From Octopus vulgaris (taxonomy: Eukaryota): DNA of 64,000 bases. The notes below the pieces were generated by a model. That model did not search any database. It had not been told where the DNA came from and saw only the letters and a list, made by a program, of their open reading frames with translations. Location of the stretch: NCBI GenBank assembly GCA_951406725.2, contig OX597834.1:37014001-37078000 (forward strand), written 5' to 3'. The position numbers were made by a program, and so were the translations under genes. Of the stretch, positions 29,028 to 43,902 are shown in pieces (the stretch's first letter is position 1; every line of letters begins with the position of its first letter).

Positions 29028-29185
29028 TATGTTTGACTTTTGCTTTATGTCTGTACAAGTTGGCTCCAAGTCTCATCCAGAGACCTCAAGAGACAACAGG
29101 TTGGAAGTTCACGTTGCTGTTATGCCTAGTGTGCCATATATTTGGGTTTTTTTGGTGTTGTACTAGTGAATGTCTAATACATAAA
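29027..29185 (-). mobile_element. Probable 3' end of an (AAT)n-inserted retroelement
   Basis: Complex 160-bp island flanked on both sides by (TTA)n; minus strand ends ...GTCAAACATAG-AATAATAAT. Confidence 0.45.
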
Positions 29186-29193
29186 TTTAAAAA

Positions 29194-29233
<40 letters not shown>

Positions 29234-29247
29234 CATTATTATTATTA

Positions 29248-29347
<100 letters not shown>

Positions 29348-29363
29348 CATTATTATTATCATT

Positions 29364-29473
29364 GCCTTTGCACAGCTTCTAACGCTGGAGATGTACTACG
29401 GTGTCAGCTGTTCACTACCAGTGAACTAAGGTAACACCTGTTATTTTTCGAGCACCTTCCGGAGTATTCCAGC
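29364..29473 (-). mobile_element. 3' tip of a second R4/Dong-type family (last codons plus 3' UTR) in (AAT)n
   Basis: Minus strand GCT GGA ATA CTC CGG AAG GTG CTC GAA AAA TAA = AGILRKVLEK*, paralleling TAHILRRTLSIQ* of the 51-52 kb element; ends AAGGC-AATGATAAT. Confidence 0.7.
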
Positions 29474-29717
29474 GTGTATGTGTTTGTGGCTGTGGGTGTG
29501 TGGGGTGCTGGTTATGGTGGGGTTGTGTATGTGTGTGTGCGTCCGTGTGTGTGTGTGTGTGTACACCGATCCTAGCAATATCAATTTAATAATGAGCCAC
29601 TCATAAGGCAAATTTATGTATAACTTATTATTTTATTGATACAGAAAAAAATACAAACTTGCGGGTAGGCGTGAGAAATCAACGAATGACTAACATACGT
29701 TCCCTTTTATAGATAAA

Positions 29718-30101
29718 CTAGCAGTATCGCCCGGCGTTGCTCAGGTTTGTAAGGGAAATAACTATAAAGTATTTTTAGAGAGTTATAGCCAAAGAATAGC
29801 AAAAAAATGGAAAAAAATGATGGTAAATTTTTTTTTGAGATTTAAAAAAGGTGGAGTTGCGTCCCCTAGACAGTTTGTGGTTCGTGTTTCTGATTCTCGA
29901 CCCCATGTCGAATTTATCGATTTTTTCAGAACTGGGGGAACTTTTCAAAATTTTCGCTGCGTTAGTTTTGAATTATGACATTGGGCTATGTGTGTGTCAA
30001 GTTTCATCAGAATCGGTTGAAAGCCGTGGTCAGGGTGAGGGTACAACCTGACAGACACACAGAAACACGCACAGACAAACTGCCGTTTATATATAGAGAG
30101 A
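29718..30101 (-). mobile_element. Non-autonomous Helitron
   Basis: Minus strand starts TC (A|TCTCTCTATATATAAAC) and ends CTAG|T, with a subterminal hairpin CCTGAGCAACGCCGGG about 10 nt from the end; A/T insertion site, no TSD. Confidence 0.75.
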
Positions 30102-30516
30102 TACTTGCGATAAACTGTAGTGACAGGAATTCATTGAATAAACTATACGTTTCTTTCTTTCGTTTATTCAATAAATGATATATATTAGTTATAATTTATG
30201 TATAATAGCTAACTGAATGACCTGTCAGTGTTTTGACGAAATACAGGTGCGGTGAAGGCATCTAAATAGATAATAAAATATGACATGCATGTTATAGTGA
30301 ACAAAGAGAGAGAGGGGGGGGAGGGAGGGGAATAAGAGAGAGTGGGAGGGAGACAGAAAGCAGAATTCGAAAACCAAGTTTGCTGAACGCCATAAATCTG
30401 CCGAAATATTTTACATTCTGTTGCTGTTATTTAGCTCCAGTTTTTATCTTATCGACACTATTTTGGATCAAAGTCGTTCCATGCGTGACTTTATAATCTT
30501 GTTTTCACATATAGTA

Positions 30517-31021
30517 CAGGTCGTCGTAGACTTACGACCTATCCGATTTACGACTGATCGATTTTACGACGATCGGCGCGCCAGCTCCCGGCAGCAATAC
30601 TATATTATCCAGTTGAAATCTAATGGGTTTAATTTCTTAGAAATTTCTTAATTAACATTCGGTTAGTTAATTTCTTAGAAATGAAATCCATTAGATTTAG
30701 AAATTAACCCATCTATGGATGACGGCAGCTAACAAACGCTTACCCTAGGTTTGGCTATCGATCGCCACTGTGATTATTCAAAGTGTTGGACGAATATCCT
30801 GTCGCGGAGACATCGAGGCAGCCTTGTATTTGCTTATTAGACGACTACTTGAGTATTGTAGTATAATGCAGAATGCTCTGTGTGAATTTTACCTGAGAAT
30901 GCACCTTAAGAATGTAAAAATATAAAACAAAGCTATGTAGACCTACAGGCCGACTTACGACCAAATCGACTTATGACTAGTCAGTCAGAACCAATTGTGG
31001 TCGTAAGTCGACAACGACCTG
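30517..31021. mobile_element. Tc1/mariner-superfamily (pogo/Tigger-like) MITE
   Basis: TIRs CAGGTCGTCGTAGACTTACGACC and GGTCGTAAGTCGACAACGACCTG (2 mismatches), TA on both sides, subterminal TTACGAC repeats. Confidence 0.85.
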
Positions 31022-31529
31022 TATTGTTGTAAAGTGGGTTCTTCCCACTGGTGCAATGTGTTACTGGCGTTGTACTGTAGTTGCTGTTTTACGCTAGTAG
31101 CCACAATAGTTACTAGTAATCGGAAATCGTTGTATCTCTTCGTACCGGAATGGTAATACACCTACTTCTTCTGTTTTACTATCGCTCATAGCTCCACAAG
31201 ACACCGACTAGAACTGTCGACTCTCAACTCTTTGACTCTCGACCGGTTACTAGTCTATCACATTTTACCGGGAGAGGTATACAGTTTCACTATTACAAGT
31301 ATATTTATGGCACTACGTTATCCCACGTGTCATTCCTTCTTTAAGGCGGAAGGAGTTAAGTTGTAAGAATATTCGTCTGCGAATAATAGATCGAGCAAAC
31401 ACCTAAAGACCCTAAAGATATTGCTCTTTGTCTCTTTTACAATTTGTGGCAGAGTGTGGCTACAGGCAGATGTGGCATTGAGTGTAGACTACAAAATATT
31501 GTAGAGAGAGGCTGCACTCTAAAGTAACA

Positions 31530-31812
31530 TTAGTTTCAAATTTTGGCACAATGCCAGCAATTTCAGGGGAGACGGGTAAGTCGATTTCATCGACCCCAGT
31601 GTGCAGCTGGTATTTATTTTATCGACTCCGAGAGGATGAAAGGCAAATTCGACTCTGGCGACATTTGAACTCAGAACGTAAAGACTGACGAAATGCCGCT
31701 ATGTATTTTGTCCGACAGTTTGCCGTTTCTGCCAGCTCGCCGCCTTAACAGTCTAAGCATTTCGTCCGCTAAGCATTTCGTCCGGCATGGCAACGATTCT
31801 GCCAGCTTTGCC
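31530..31812 (-). mobile_element. SINE family B copy
   Basis: Reverse complement of the 16513-type head and core. Confidence 0.8.
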
Positions 31813-31849
31813 TTAAAATGATTTATAATAATAACGCACTATAAGTAAA

Positions 31850-32400
31850 ATGTGAAATTTTTCGGTGTGATTTTTCGTAATCCACTTCATCGAAAGTGTT
31901 TGCAAAGTCAAAACGTATCAGATGCACATTTAAATGGTATAAATTCTGCTTTTAAACCCAGTCGTAATTCTGTAGAAGCTGTGTAAAGCAGCATCTTCCT
32001 TGGCGGAAGCTGTGCCGTGAGTCGATGAACAAGTGATCTTCATCTCGGAATGTAATCACCTTCCTTCTGACAAATGTGTTCCATAATTTTGTGCGAGATC
32101 AGAGTGATAGGTTTGTGCCTATTAACACCTATTTCTTTATGAATAGACCATATTATATCGCCTCTTAGCTTGTTTTGGAAAGTTTCCTATATATAAGAAA
32201 ACTATGGAAAAGTAACTGCGATGGTTTTAGCCTGAGCTTTCTTGCATGTGTTCAAAAGAATTTGCGAAAAATCATCAGAGCTTGTCGCTGAATACAAATT
32301 CATCTCATCGATGGCTGATATTACATTACCTTTTTTATGCTGATGTAATCGATGATTGCCTCTTCTCTATGTAGATTTGCGATGCTGAACAATTAATTAG
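31850..32400 (-). pseudogene. Decayed CR1-clade reverse transcriptase fragment
   Basis: Minus-strand remnants HKPITLISHKIMEHI, SRHSFRQGRCCFTQLLQNYDWV and FDFANTFDEVDY match the RT motifs YRPISL..KIME, QHGFR.GRSC.TQLL and DF.KAFD.V.H. Confidence 0.7.
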
Positions 32401-32496
32401 GCTTATCTTCCAATGAAAGGCACTGTAATTTTTTTATATAGAATTCCAGTTGATCTGAGATTTGCAGACAGTCATTCCTTTTCTTTTATTCAAACA

Positions 32497-32633
32497 CAGG
32501 AACATCGGAACCGGTGTATTGCTGCGCGAGGTAACTATTTCGAAGGGGTTTTATCACCCTTGATAAAACTTAGGAAAGTAAGTTACTTTTTATTAAGCAT
32601 AACTTGTCCGGGGACCTTCTGATACCACCTCGT
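32497..32633 (+). mobile_element. Mariner 3' fragment with TIR
   Basis: EHRNRCIAARGNYFEG (mariner C-terminal CI...G.YFEG motif) followed by TIR-like ...TTCTGATACCACCTCG and TA. Confidence 0.7.
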
Positions 32634-33271
32634 ATTTGTTCTATGAACAGCAAGCATTTTAGTGAGATCAAGCAGAGATTCTATCTGATTTTGTCCTTGT
32701 GGTGACATACTGCGATTATATCGTCTTCGGGTCATTTCATGTTCGGAAACATGTGGCCGTGTAACCAAAGTACATTGATGGATTGATCTACCTCTCGGTA
32801 GTACTTCTTTTATCATTGGACGGCCTCTCTCATAGTAAATTTACAGCATAAAGTTGCTTTATATGTCCGACACGCGTGCTAGACACCAAGATTGAATACA
32901 ATAGAAAGGTTAAAGGCGAGGCATCTTCGATGATGCATATGACAACATCAATATGAATTCTTTCTTTTCTGTCAGTCCGAAAATACGAGATATGAGTATC
33001 ATTGCATTAGTTGTGTCTGTAAGTGCTATGCATGTTGCTTAATTGTATAGGAAATGATCTGTCAGGTAAGGAGATTTGCATCTGTTATTGAGTTGTATGT
33101 AACAGGACTCTTATATGATATGTAACGTAGTCAGTTCTTCGTTATTCTGTTCGATGTATTACCGTATAAATAATCACATTTTCGAAGGACAATGATAGCA
33201 GACTACCAACAAAGGATATGTGTGTGTATGAATACATATAGACACATATATAAACATATAAACATATGTAC

Positions 33272-33313
<42 letters not shown>

Positions 33314-33402
33314 TTGTATATGTATGTGTGTATGTATGTATCTATCTATTAATATATATTCATGTATACATGAATATATATACATCCATCCATTTGTGTA
33401 TG

Positions 33403-33451
<49 letters not shown>

Positions 33452-33949
33452 ATATACAGATAGATAGATAGATACATACATAAATATATTACATTTATAT
33501 GTATGTGTGTATAAATAGATATACCTATCTACCTACCAGTATACATACATATACATGCGTATACATACACATTCATACATGCCTGCATACATACACACAC
33601 ACATACACACATACACACATACATACATACATACACACATACATACACACATACACACACACTACACGTATGTAATTGTGTTAAAGTAATTACGCTGAAC
33701 AGAGTTATATATTAGCTTTCGTTATATTAAGTTAGTGAGTGCTTATACAAGAGTAAATACACACACACACACACTCACAAGTTTGTGTGTGTATTAAATA
33801 CGTACCTCTGCATATACGGAGATGCGTATTCGCCGGTGCGAGAGTACATGCGTGTGTGCGTGTGCGTACTTTAATTAACATTCGGTTAGTTAATAAACAT
33901 GAATTTAGCCTCGCCCTACAATTTGATGCCAAGTCAAAAATACAGGGCT

Positions 33950-34980
33950 GTGGTGTGTGCGTGTATGTGTGTGTGTATGTGTGTGTGTTTGTGTGTGTTT
34001 GTGTGTGCGTGTGTTTGTGTACCTATGAGTGTATATGTGTGTGTGTTTGTGAGTGTGTGTGTGTTTGTGTGTGTATGAGTGTATGTGTGTGCGTTGTGTG
34101 TGTATCTGTGTTTGTGTGTGTTTGTATATGTGTGTGTTTGTGTGCCTGCTTGTGTGTGTATGTGCTTCTGTTTGTGTGCGTTGTGTGTGTATTTATGTAT
34201 GTGTGTGTATGAATTTTCAGGTATGTATGTGTGTGTGTGTGTTTGTGAGTGTGTGTGTTTGTGTGTCTATGAGTGTATGTGTGTGCTTGTGAGTGTGTGT
34301 GTTTGTGTGTGTTTGTATTTGTGTGTGTTTGTATGTGTGTGTGTTTGTGTGTGTGCTTGTGTGTGTGTGTATGTGTGCTTATGTGTGCGTTGTGTGTGTA
34401 TCTGTGTATGTGTGTGTATGAATTTTCAGGTATGTATGTGTGTGCGTGTTTGTGCGCATGTGTCTCTATGTGTGTGTATGTATGAATTCGCAGGTATGTA
34501 TGCGTTTGCGTGCTTGTGTTTCAGTGTATGTGTGCGTGCGTGTGTGTGTGTGTGACTGTGTCTGTGTGTTTTAGTGTGCTTGTGTCTCTATGCATGTGTG
34601 TATGTGTTTGTGTACTTGTGTATGTGTATATGTGTGTGCTAGTGTATTTGTGTATGTGTGTGATTTTGCTAGTATGTCCCTGTGTGTGTAATAGTGTGTA
34701 TGTGTGTGAGAAAGAGTTTGCAGATGTCTCTACATGTGTGTGTGTTTGTGTGCTTGTGTCGCTATGTTTGTGCGTGTGTGTATGCTTGTGTATGTGTGTA
34801 TTTGTGTATGTTCGTATGTGTGAGTTTCTGTGTGTGTGAATGTGTGCTTGTGTCTGTGTGTCCACAGGTGTATATTCGTGTATGTGTGCATGTGTTTGTA
34901 TGTGAGTTTGTATTTGTGTGTGTATGTTCGTGTGTGTGCGCGTGCGTGAATCTGTGTGTATGTGTGTGTGTTCGTGTGGG
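33950..34980. repeat. About 1-kb degenerate (TG)n array
   Basis: Direct read. Confidence 0.9.
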
Positions 34981-35099
34981 TGTGAGAGGGAGGGAGGGAG
35001 AGGAGGGGTGTATGTAAATCGATATTGATTTATTCGACACTAATTTCACAAATTTGTGGTGCTTTTCACTTGCATCTACAGCAACAACAACAACAACAC

Positions 35100-35135
<36 letters not shown>

Positions 35136-35152
35136 TCACCACCATCACCACC

Positions 35153-35184
<32 letters not shown>

Positions 35185-35206
35185 CACCATCACCACCATC
35201 ACCACC

Positions 35207-35238
<32 letters not shown>

Positions 35239-35764
35239 CACCATCACCACCATCACCACCACCACCACCACTACTACTACTACTAATACTACTACTACTA
35301 CTACTACCACCACCACCACCACCACCACCACCTCTGCTGCTGCGACTGCTACTGGTGTTTGTGATGGTGGTGGTAACGATCATGATGATGATGGTGATGA
35401 TGATAGTGGTGCTGCTGCTGCTGATGATGATTTTTCTGATGCTAATGATGATGATGATGATGATAAAGATGATTGAGGTGGAAGCAGAGATGGGGAGGGC
35501 GGCAGCGTTGATGATGATGATGAGGAGGAGGAGGAGGAGGAAGAGGAAGAGGAAGAAGGGGAGGAGGTGGTGGTGGTAGGAGATAAAGATGATGATGACG
35601 ATATTGCTGATGGCTGTGACTTATGATGATGATGACGCTGACGATAATAATGACTGAGGCGGAGATATACTTAGCGGCGGCGGCAGCGGTGACGGTGTTG
35701 GTGATGATGATGATGGTGATGATAATGATGATGATGGTGATGATAATGATGATGATGATGATGA

Positions 35765-35981
35765 TGGGTTGGTGCATAATTATTGCGGCTTTTTTTCAAC
35801 AAATGTTATTTAACAAAAACAATTTTAAATGACGGTCTGACCATTCTGCAAAGCAAATGGGGAGCAGTAATTGAAGTAGATGGTGATTATGCTCCGGAAT
35901 AATCATTTTGGAATGCTTTTGTTACATGTTGTTATTGATTTTGTTGGAAAAAAGCCGCAATAATTGTGCACCAACCCAATA
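35765..35981 (+). mobile_element. Internally deleted mariner (MITE)
   Basis: TIRs TGGGTTGGTGCATAATTATTGCGGCTTTTTT and AAAAAAGCCGCAATAATTGTGCACCAACCCA; internal DGLTILQSKWGAVIEVDGDYAPE* resembles a mariner C-terminus. Confidence 0.8.
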
Positions 35982-36229
35982 TCAACAGCAACATCAAATG
36001 TTGATGATTGCCCCACGAAACAAAGTTGACCTCATCCGAAATCGAACTCGGAACATATAAGGATAAAATTAAACTACAGAAATCAATGTTTTGCCGACTT
36101 TCAGTAAGAGCAATATTTTCGTTAATGCTATAGGTATTTTGGGAAGTACCCACGTTTATAACTGGTATCTACATGTCGCGGAGGGAATCGAATTTAAATA
36201 ATAATAATAATAATAATAATGATAATAAT

Positions 36230-36288
<59 letters not shown>

Positions 36289-36289
<1 letters not shown>

Positions 36290-36818
36290 GCCCTGATGCA
36301 GTACCAGGCAGTGGCTCTCATGGTTTCTGATCTTAACTGATTGGAAGTGTTATCATGCACATTGTTTTGTCTTGGTATAAAAGATGGGCTCCAGCAAATA
36401 TTCCGCTCAAACCACAGTTGTTTGACCATAACCAGTTGTGCATGTCCCTTAGTGGCTGACGATATGTGCATCTCTGACCACGAGCAGAAGTAGTTGGGGA
36501 GCATCATAGCCATGTGTCGAGAGAAATTCTTTGGGGTTTGAATAATTCGCCTATAGTAATATGGGTGTTTCGTTCAACATCCTTAAACAATCCTTATTCA
36601 GGGACCTTTTGAGCGGGATGGGTTGCTCGACCAGAAGAAACTTCTAACTGGGCACCACCTGCAAGGTTATGCACTGTTTATCTTGATATGAGATCACCAT
36701 GTCGCGCACATATGGTTGTGATGCATGTACCTGGTGTACCCTTATCAAACGGGTAGTCATGATGGGTATACTGGGCTTCGTATATTTTACCCCAGTGTCA
36801 CTTTGATGGCATGCACTC
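36289..36818. mobile_element. 530-bp non-coding element embedded in an (AAT)n tract
   Basis: Complex sequence with (AAT)n directly on both sides; no long ORF. Confidence 0.55.
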
Positions 36819-36828
36819 AATAATAATG

Positions 36829-36995
<167 letters not shown>

Positions 36996-38487
36996 AAGAA
37001 GAAGAAGAAGAAGAAGAAGAAGAAGAAGAAGATGATGATGAAAAAGAGAAAGAAGAAGAAGAAGAAGAAGAAGAAGAAGAAGAAGAAGATAATGATGATG
37101 AAGAAGAGAAAGAAGAAGAAAAAGAAGAAGAAGAAAAAGAAGAAGAAGAAGAAGAAGAAGAAGAAGAAGAAGAAGAAAAGAAAGAAGAAGAAGAAGAAGA
37201 AGAAGAAGAAGAAGAAGAAGAAGAAGAAGAAGAAGAAGAAGAAGAGAAAGAATGTTGTGTCTTACCTTAAATTATGCATTTATCCATGTATCGGATGATG
37301 AAAACAAATAACGACATATAAGTGTGTATATATATATTCTAAATCAATAATGATGTACCACTTAGTGGGAGGCAATCGACACGGAGTCACAATGTGGCGA
37401 AGGCAAAAAAAAAAAATTTTTTAAAAGGAAAAAACGGAGGGAAAAGAAAGAAAAGAGAAAGGGGAGATAATTCCCAAAACTTAGAATTAATTTGGAGGAA
37501 ATACCGTTTTCGTTGCGAGGAATGGGTTACCCAGGTCTCAGTCGTTTACAGTGAGATGTTGCTTTCTTAACGACAGCTGTTGGAATTATAAATGCCAGCA
37601 TATTTAAAATCTCCGATAGAACATTGCAAGAACCATACACATACAAACATACATACATACATACATGCATACATGCATACATACATACAAACATACATAC
37701 ATACATACATGCATACATGCATACATGCATACATACATACATACATACATGCATGCATGCATACATACATACATACAAACATACATACATACACACACAC
37801 ACACATACATACATACATGCATACATGCATACATACATACATACATGCATACATACATACATACATACATACATACATACATGCATACATGCATACATAC
37901 ATGCAGACATGCATGCATGCATACATACATACATACATGCATACATCATACATACATGCATACATACATACATACATGCATACATACATACATTCATACA
38001 TACATACATACATACATAAATACATACATGCATGCAATCATACATACATACATGCATACATGCATACAAATGTGTATTTATGTATATAGGTGTGTATGTA
38101 TGTATTTATTTACGTATATATATATTATACATATGTATATATATTCATATATGTCTGTGTGTGTGTGTATGTGTGTGTGTGTATGTGTGTGTATACATAT
38201 GTATTGGTATACTGCGCTGAGAACCAGATGTTAAAAAAATATGTGGCATGCTGTCATGAAACTAATAGTCGGAAATATAATCTCATATATATTTGTGTGT
38301 GTATGTTTGTTTGTTTGAAAAGGTTAAACTAAATCGCTCACACACTAGAAAAAACTTCTTCCCCAAAAAGGCTTGTAACATCGTCATAGATATCTAAGGT
38401 TTTTTTCAAAAATATTTTTAAAAAGATATCACCTGTACATTTCACAAACTATGATAAATAATTCTCATAGACTTTTAAAAATATATG

Positions 38488-39148
<661 letters not shown>

Positions 39149-39329
39149 AATATATATATATATATATATATAAATCCTTAAAATCCTTAAAACCCTTAAA
39201 AATGTTTTAGCCCGAAGGCCGCGGCCATGCTGGGGCACCACCGCTGAAAAATGTTATGGTCTCATGTATGCATGTGTGTGCCTGCAGGTATGTGTGTATG
39301 TATGTATTTCAAATATGCATTAATTAAAT

Positions 39330-40165
39330 TAAATGCGCTAATTATCTTTGCGGTGTCGATAAGATAATTACCAGTCAAGCACTGATGTCAGTCTAATCAA
39401 AGAGCCACCTCCCTCAAATTTCAAGGCCTCTACCTGTAAAGCAGAAAGAATTTGTTTTATTTCTTTAGTGTTTACGTAAATCTTTCAAGCTGGCAAAATA
39501 CTTAGCGGTATTTCGACTGTCGTTACGTTCTGAGTTCAAATTCACCGAAGTCGACTTTGCCTTTCATCCTTTCGGGGTCAATAAATTAAGTACCAGTTAC
39601 GCACTGGGGTCGATGTAATCAACTTAATCCCTTTGTCTGTCCTTGTTTGTCCTCTCTGTGTTTAGTCCCTTGTGGGTAGTAAAGAAACGAGTATTTCGTC
39701 TGTCTTTACGTTCTAAGTTCAATTTCAGCCGTGGTCGACTTTGCCTTTTATCCTTTCGGGGTCGATAAATTAACTACCAGCTGCGTACTGAGGTCGATCT
39801 AATCAACTGGCCCCCTCCCCGAAAATTCCGGGCCTTGTTTGCCTAGAGTAGAAAAGAATAAATTAAGTACCAGTTACGTACTGGGGATCGATGTAATCCA
39901 CCAACCCTTTCCCCCAAATTTCAGGTCTTGTGCCTATATAGAGTTGCAAGGATTATTTTACTGTTTATAAAGGCGGCGAGTTGGCTGAATCGTCAGCGCG
40001 CCGAACGAAATGCTTAGCGGCATTTCGTTCGTCCTTACGTTCTGAGTTCAAATACCGCTGAGGTCGACTGAGCCTTTTATTCTGTTGGTGTCGACGTACC
40101 AGTTATGTTTTGCGGTCGATGGAATCAACTTACTCTCTCCCGCCAATTTTAGACCTTGTGCAGAA
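39330..40165 (+). mobile_element. Tandem cluster of SINE family B copies and cores
   Basis: Repeated GTCGACTTTGCCTTT..ATCCTTTCGGGGTC cores; head at 39972. Confidence 0.8.
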
Positions 40166-40299
40166 AATATTCTTTACAGCAGGAAGCGTTACTTTACTGT
40201 TTATTTTTCTCATTGGTTTTATTGTTTTCTAGGATTTCCTTCGCTTTTTCTTTTACAGAATGTTTTATCATCTACATACGTTTATACGGGGAGTAATGT

Positions 40300-40365
<66 letters not shown>

Positions 40366-40603
40366 GCTTGTGTGTACGTGCTGGTATGTGTTTGTAAGCT
40401 AATTGCTAAGCAAACCGGCAAGTAAGAAAATATAAGTAGATGGGGTGTATGTACGACAAATGAACCTGTGTGTGTGTGTGTACGCCTACGTGCAGGTATA
40501 TATATATATATATGTATATAAATGGAGTATGTATATGTTGCACATTTATATGTATGAATGTTTATACAGAATTTATATGTCTATACATGCAGGTATCTGT
40601 GTA

Positions 40604-40656
<53 letters not shown>

Positions 40657-40758
40657 GGGGGGGGGTAGAAAACGCTAGTTTGATAAGTGCTAACGCACGA
40701 AACTGTCGTCCATTGACGCACTCTGTAGCATCTGCTCTGATATTAATAATGACAATAA

Positions 40759-40845
<87 letters not shown>

Positions 40846-40962
40846 ATGGCGGTGCCCCAGCATGTCCACAGCTCGTGAGCTGAAACTAGTTCAATTCATT
40901 CAATTCAATTCATATATAGTATTTATGTGCATACAAATGTAAACATAGGAGACTATAATTCT

Positions 40963-40996
<34 letters not shown>

Positions 40997-41779
40997 GTGC
41001 GCGCACAATCACATAGTGTGTGCGTCTGTGCGTGTGTGTATGCGTCTGTGTCTGTGTCTGTGTGTCTGTTAATATGTGAAACGGTAAGATGTGCTTCTCC
41101 GGCTGTGTGTACGTTTGTTCGTTCAGCTTAAAATATCTTAAAATTCCTCAATAGTCTTTTGTATCATAGAATCCGTGTTGAAACGTCTACCGAAAGTCCT
41201 TTGCTCACCCGTTGACAAGCATGACTGGTAGAGTGTATAGGTTATCTTATACATACGTGGGTTTCATAAACGGGTATATGCACCCGGGTGCGTATATGTG
41301 AGTTTACAGGTGGAGCGAGGGTACCATTACCTGTGTTTATCCCTCTCACCTGTTAGCAGTAAGTTGCGGCCATGCCGAGGCACTGCCTCGAAGAATTTTC
41401 GTCGAACGAATCGAGCCCAAATACTTATAATTTTCTTTTGTAAGGTCTGGTACTTGTACTATCGAATGCTTTTGCCGAACCGCTAAGTTACGCTGACGTA
41501 AGCACGGCGGTGGTGTTGGTGGTGAGGGGACAAACACGGGCACGCGCACTTATTTCCGCAGTGGAAAGCAATACAAACATCAGTTTGGTTATGCTGTGTT
41601 GCTCTACGTTCTGTAACTAGCGGTTCGACAAATAGAGTTCGATAAAATACGTAAATGATTCGATACGGTCTACTATACATCCCTGAAGAAAGTACCCTAG
41701 CCCGGCTGTCATCCAATAATTAAACAAGGTAGCAGAATAAAGGAACTGCAGAATATATGTATACTTCTCAATATACGTG

Positions 41780-42168
41780 TGAGCTGGCTGAAACGTTAGC
41801 ACGGCGGGCGAAACGCTTAGCAGTATTTCGTCTGCCGCTACGTTCTGGGTTCAAATTCCGCCGAGATCGACTTTGCCTTTCAACCTTTCGGGGTCGATAA
41901 ATTAAGTACCAGTTACGCACTGGGGTCGATATAATCGACTTAATCCGTTTGTCGGTCCTTGGTTGTCCGGTCTGTGTTTAGCCCCTTGTGGGTAGTAAAG
42001 AAATAGATATAGGTATTTCGTCTGAGTTCAAATTCCACCGAGTTCGACTTTGCCCTTCATCGTTTCGGGGTCGATAAATTAAGGACCAGTTGCGTACTGT
42101 GGTCGATCTATTCGACTGCCCTCCCCCACACACAAAAGTTCAGGTTTTGTGTCAAGAGTAGAAAGGAA
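41780..42168 (+). mobile_element. SINE family B with duplicated core
   Basis: As 16513-16945. Confidence 0.85.
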
Positions 42169-42356
42169 TATACGGGTGTATGTATGTATGTACGTATGTA
42201 CGTATGTATGTATGTATGTATGTATGTATGCATGCATGCATGTATGTATGTATGTATGTATGTATGTATGTATGTATGTATGTATGTATGTATGTATGTA
42301 TGCATGCATGTATGTATGTGTGTATGTATCTATGTATGTATTTGTGCTGAACCAAG

Positions 42357-42404
<48 letters not shown>

Positions 42405-42408
<4 letters not shown>

Positions 42409-42776
42409 TTTTACTAGCTTCAGTCATTTGACTGCAGCCATGCTGGAGCACCGTCTTTAGTCGAGCAATTCGACGCCAGGATTTTGTAAGCCTAGCACTT
42501 ATTCTATCCGACTCTTTAGCAGAACCGCCAAGTTCCAGGGACGTAAACACACTAGCATCGGTTGTCAAGCGATGTTGTCGGGGACAAACACAGACACACA
42601 CATATATGTATACGACGGGCTTCCTTCAGTTTCCATCTACCAAATTCACTCACAAGGTTTTGGTCGGCCCGAGGCTACAGTTGAAGACACTTGCCCAAGG
42701 TGTCATGCAGTGGGACTGATCCCCGGAACCATGTGGTCGGTAAGCAAGCTACTTACCACACAGCCACTCCTGTGCA
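42405..42776 (-). mobile_element. SINE family A
   Basis: As 3174-3583. Confidence 0.88.
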
Positions 42777-42837
42777 TGTATATAAATATCTATACACACA
42801 TATATACATGAATGTATGGATGTGTATATATATATAT

Positions 42838-42884
<47 letters not shown>

Positions 42885-42988
42885 TACATATATACATACA
42901 CATATATATATATATATACACATATAGATATATATATATATATTTATATGTATACAAACGCACACACACATATATATATGTATATATA

Positions 42989-43081
<93 letters not shown>

Positions 43082-43271
43082 GTATATATATAGGCATCTA
43101 TGCATACTTACTTTACATTGTATACAAGGATGAAATGAAGTGTGTATACGAATGTAGTTTTCTTGTTGATACGGGTGTGTTTCTAGGTGCATCATCCGTA
43201 AATAGTTCTTGACTACCCATGTATGCAGCCACATGTGTGATCTGCGTATGCGTATGCGTATGTGTGTATGT

Positions 43272-43332
<61 letters not shown>

Positions 43333-43521
43333 TGTTAGCAGCATTATTGCGTTGGTGAGAAACGTAAGGTGAACAGGTAGCGAAGAAATGAAATATTTTC
43401 AGCGAATGGTGGTGGTGGTGCGGAAGACGGTGGGGATGAGGGGGTGGATAGTGAAGGGCATTGGGGTAGAACGGTGTGATGATGGTGATGAATTTGATGA
43501 TGGTGGTGGTGGTGGTGGTGG

Positions 43522-43591
<70 letters not shown>

Positions 43592-43596
43592 GATGA

Positions 43597-43630
<34 letters not shown>

Positions 43631-43718
43631 GGTGGTGCTGACGGTGTTATGAGGATGGCGGTGACGAGGTCGACGACGATGATAGTGATGGTGATTGTGA
43701 TGGTGATGGTGATGATGA

Positions 43719-43752
<34 letters not shown>

Positions 43753-43871
43753 GGTGGTGGTGTGTGGTGGTGGTGACGGTGTTATGAGGATGGCGGTGGC
43801 GAGGACGACGACGATGATAGTGATGGTGATTGTGATGGTGATGATGACGATAATGAACGATGACGATGAAC

Positions 43872-43902
<31 letters not shown>

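Noticed and set aside
43640-43850. Duplicated GAT/GGT-rich block giving a 330-aa His-rich ORF
   Set aside because: Local tandem duplication inside trinucleotide repeats; no splice or codon evidence.
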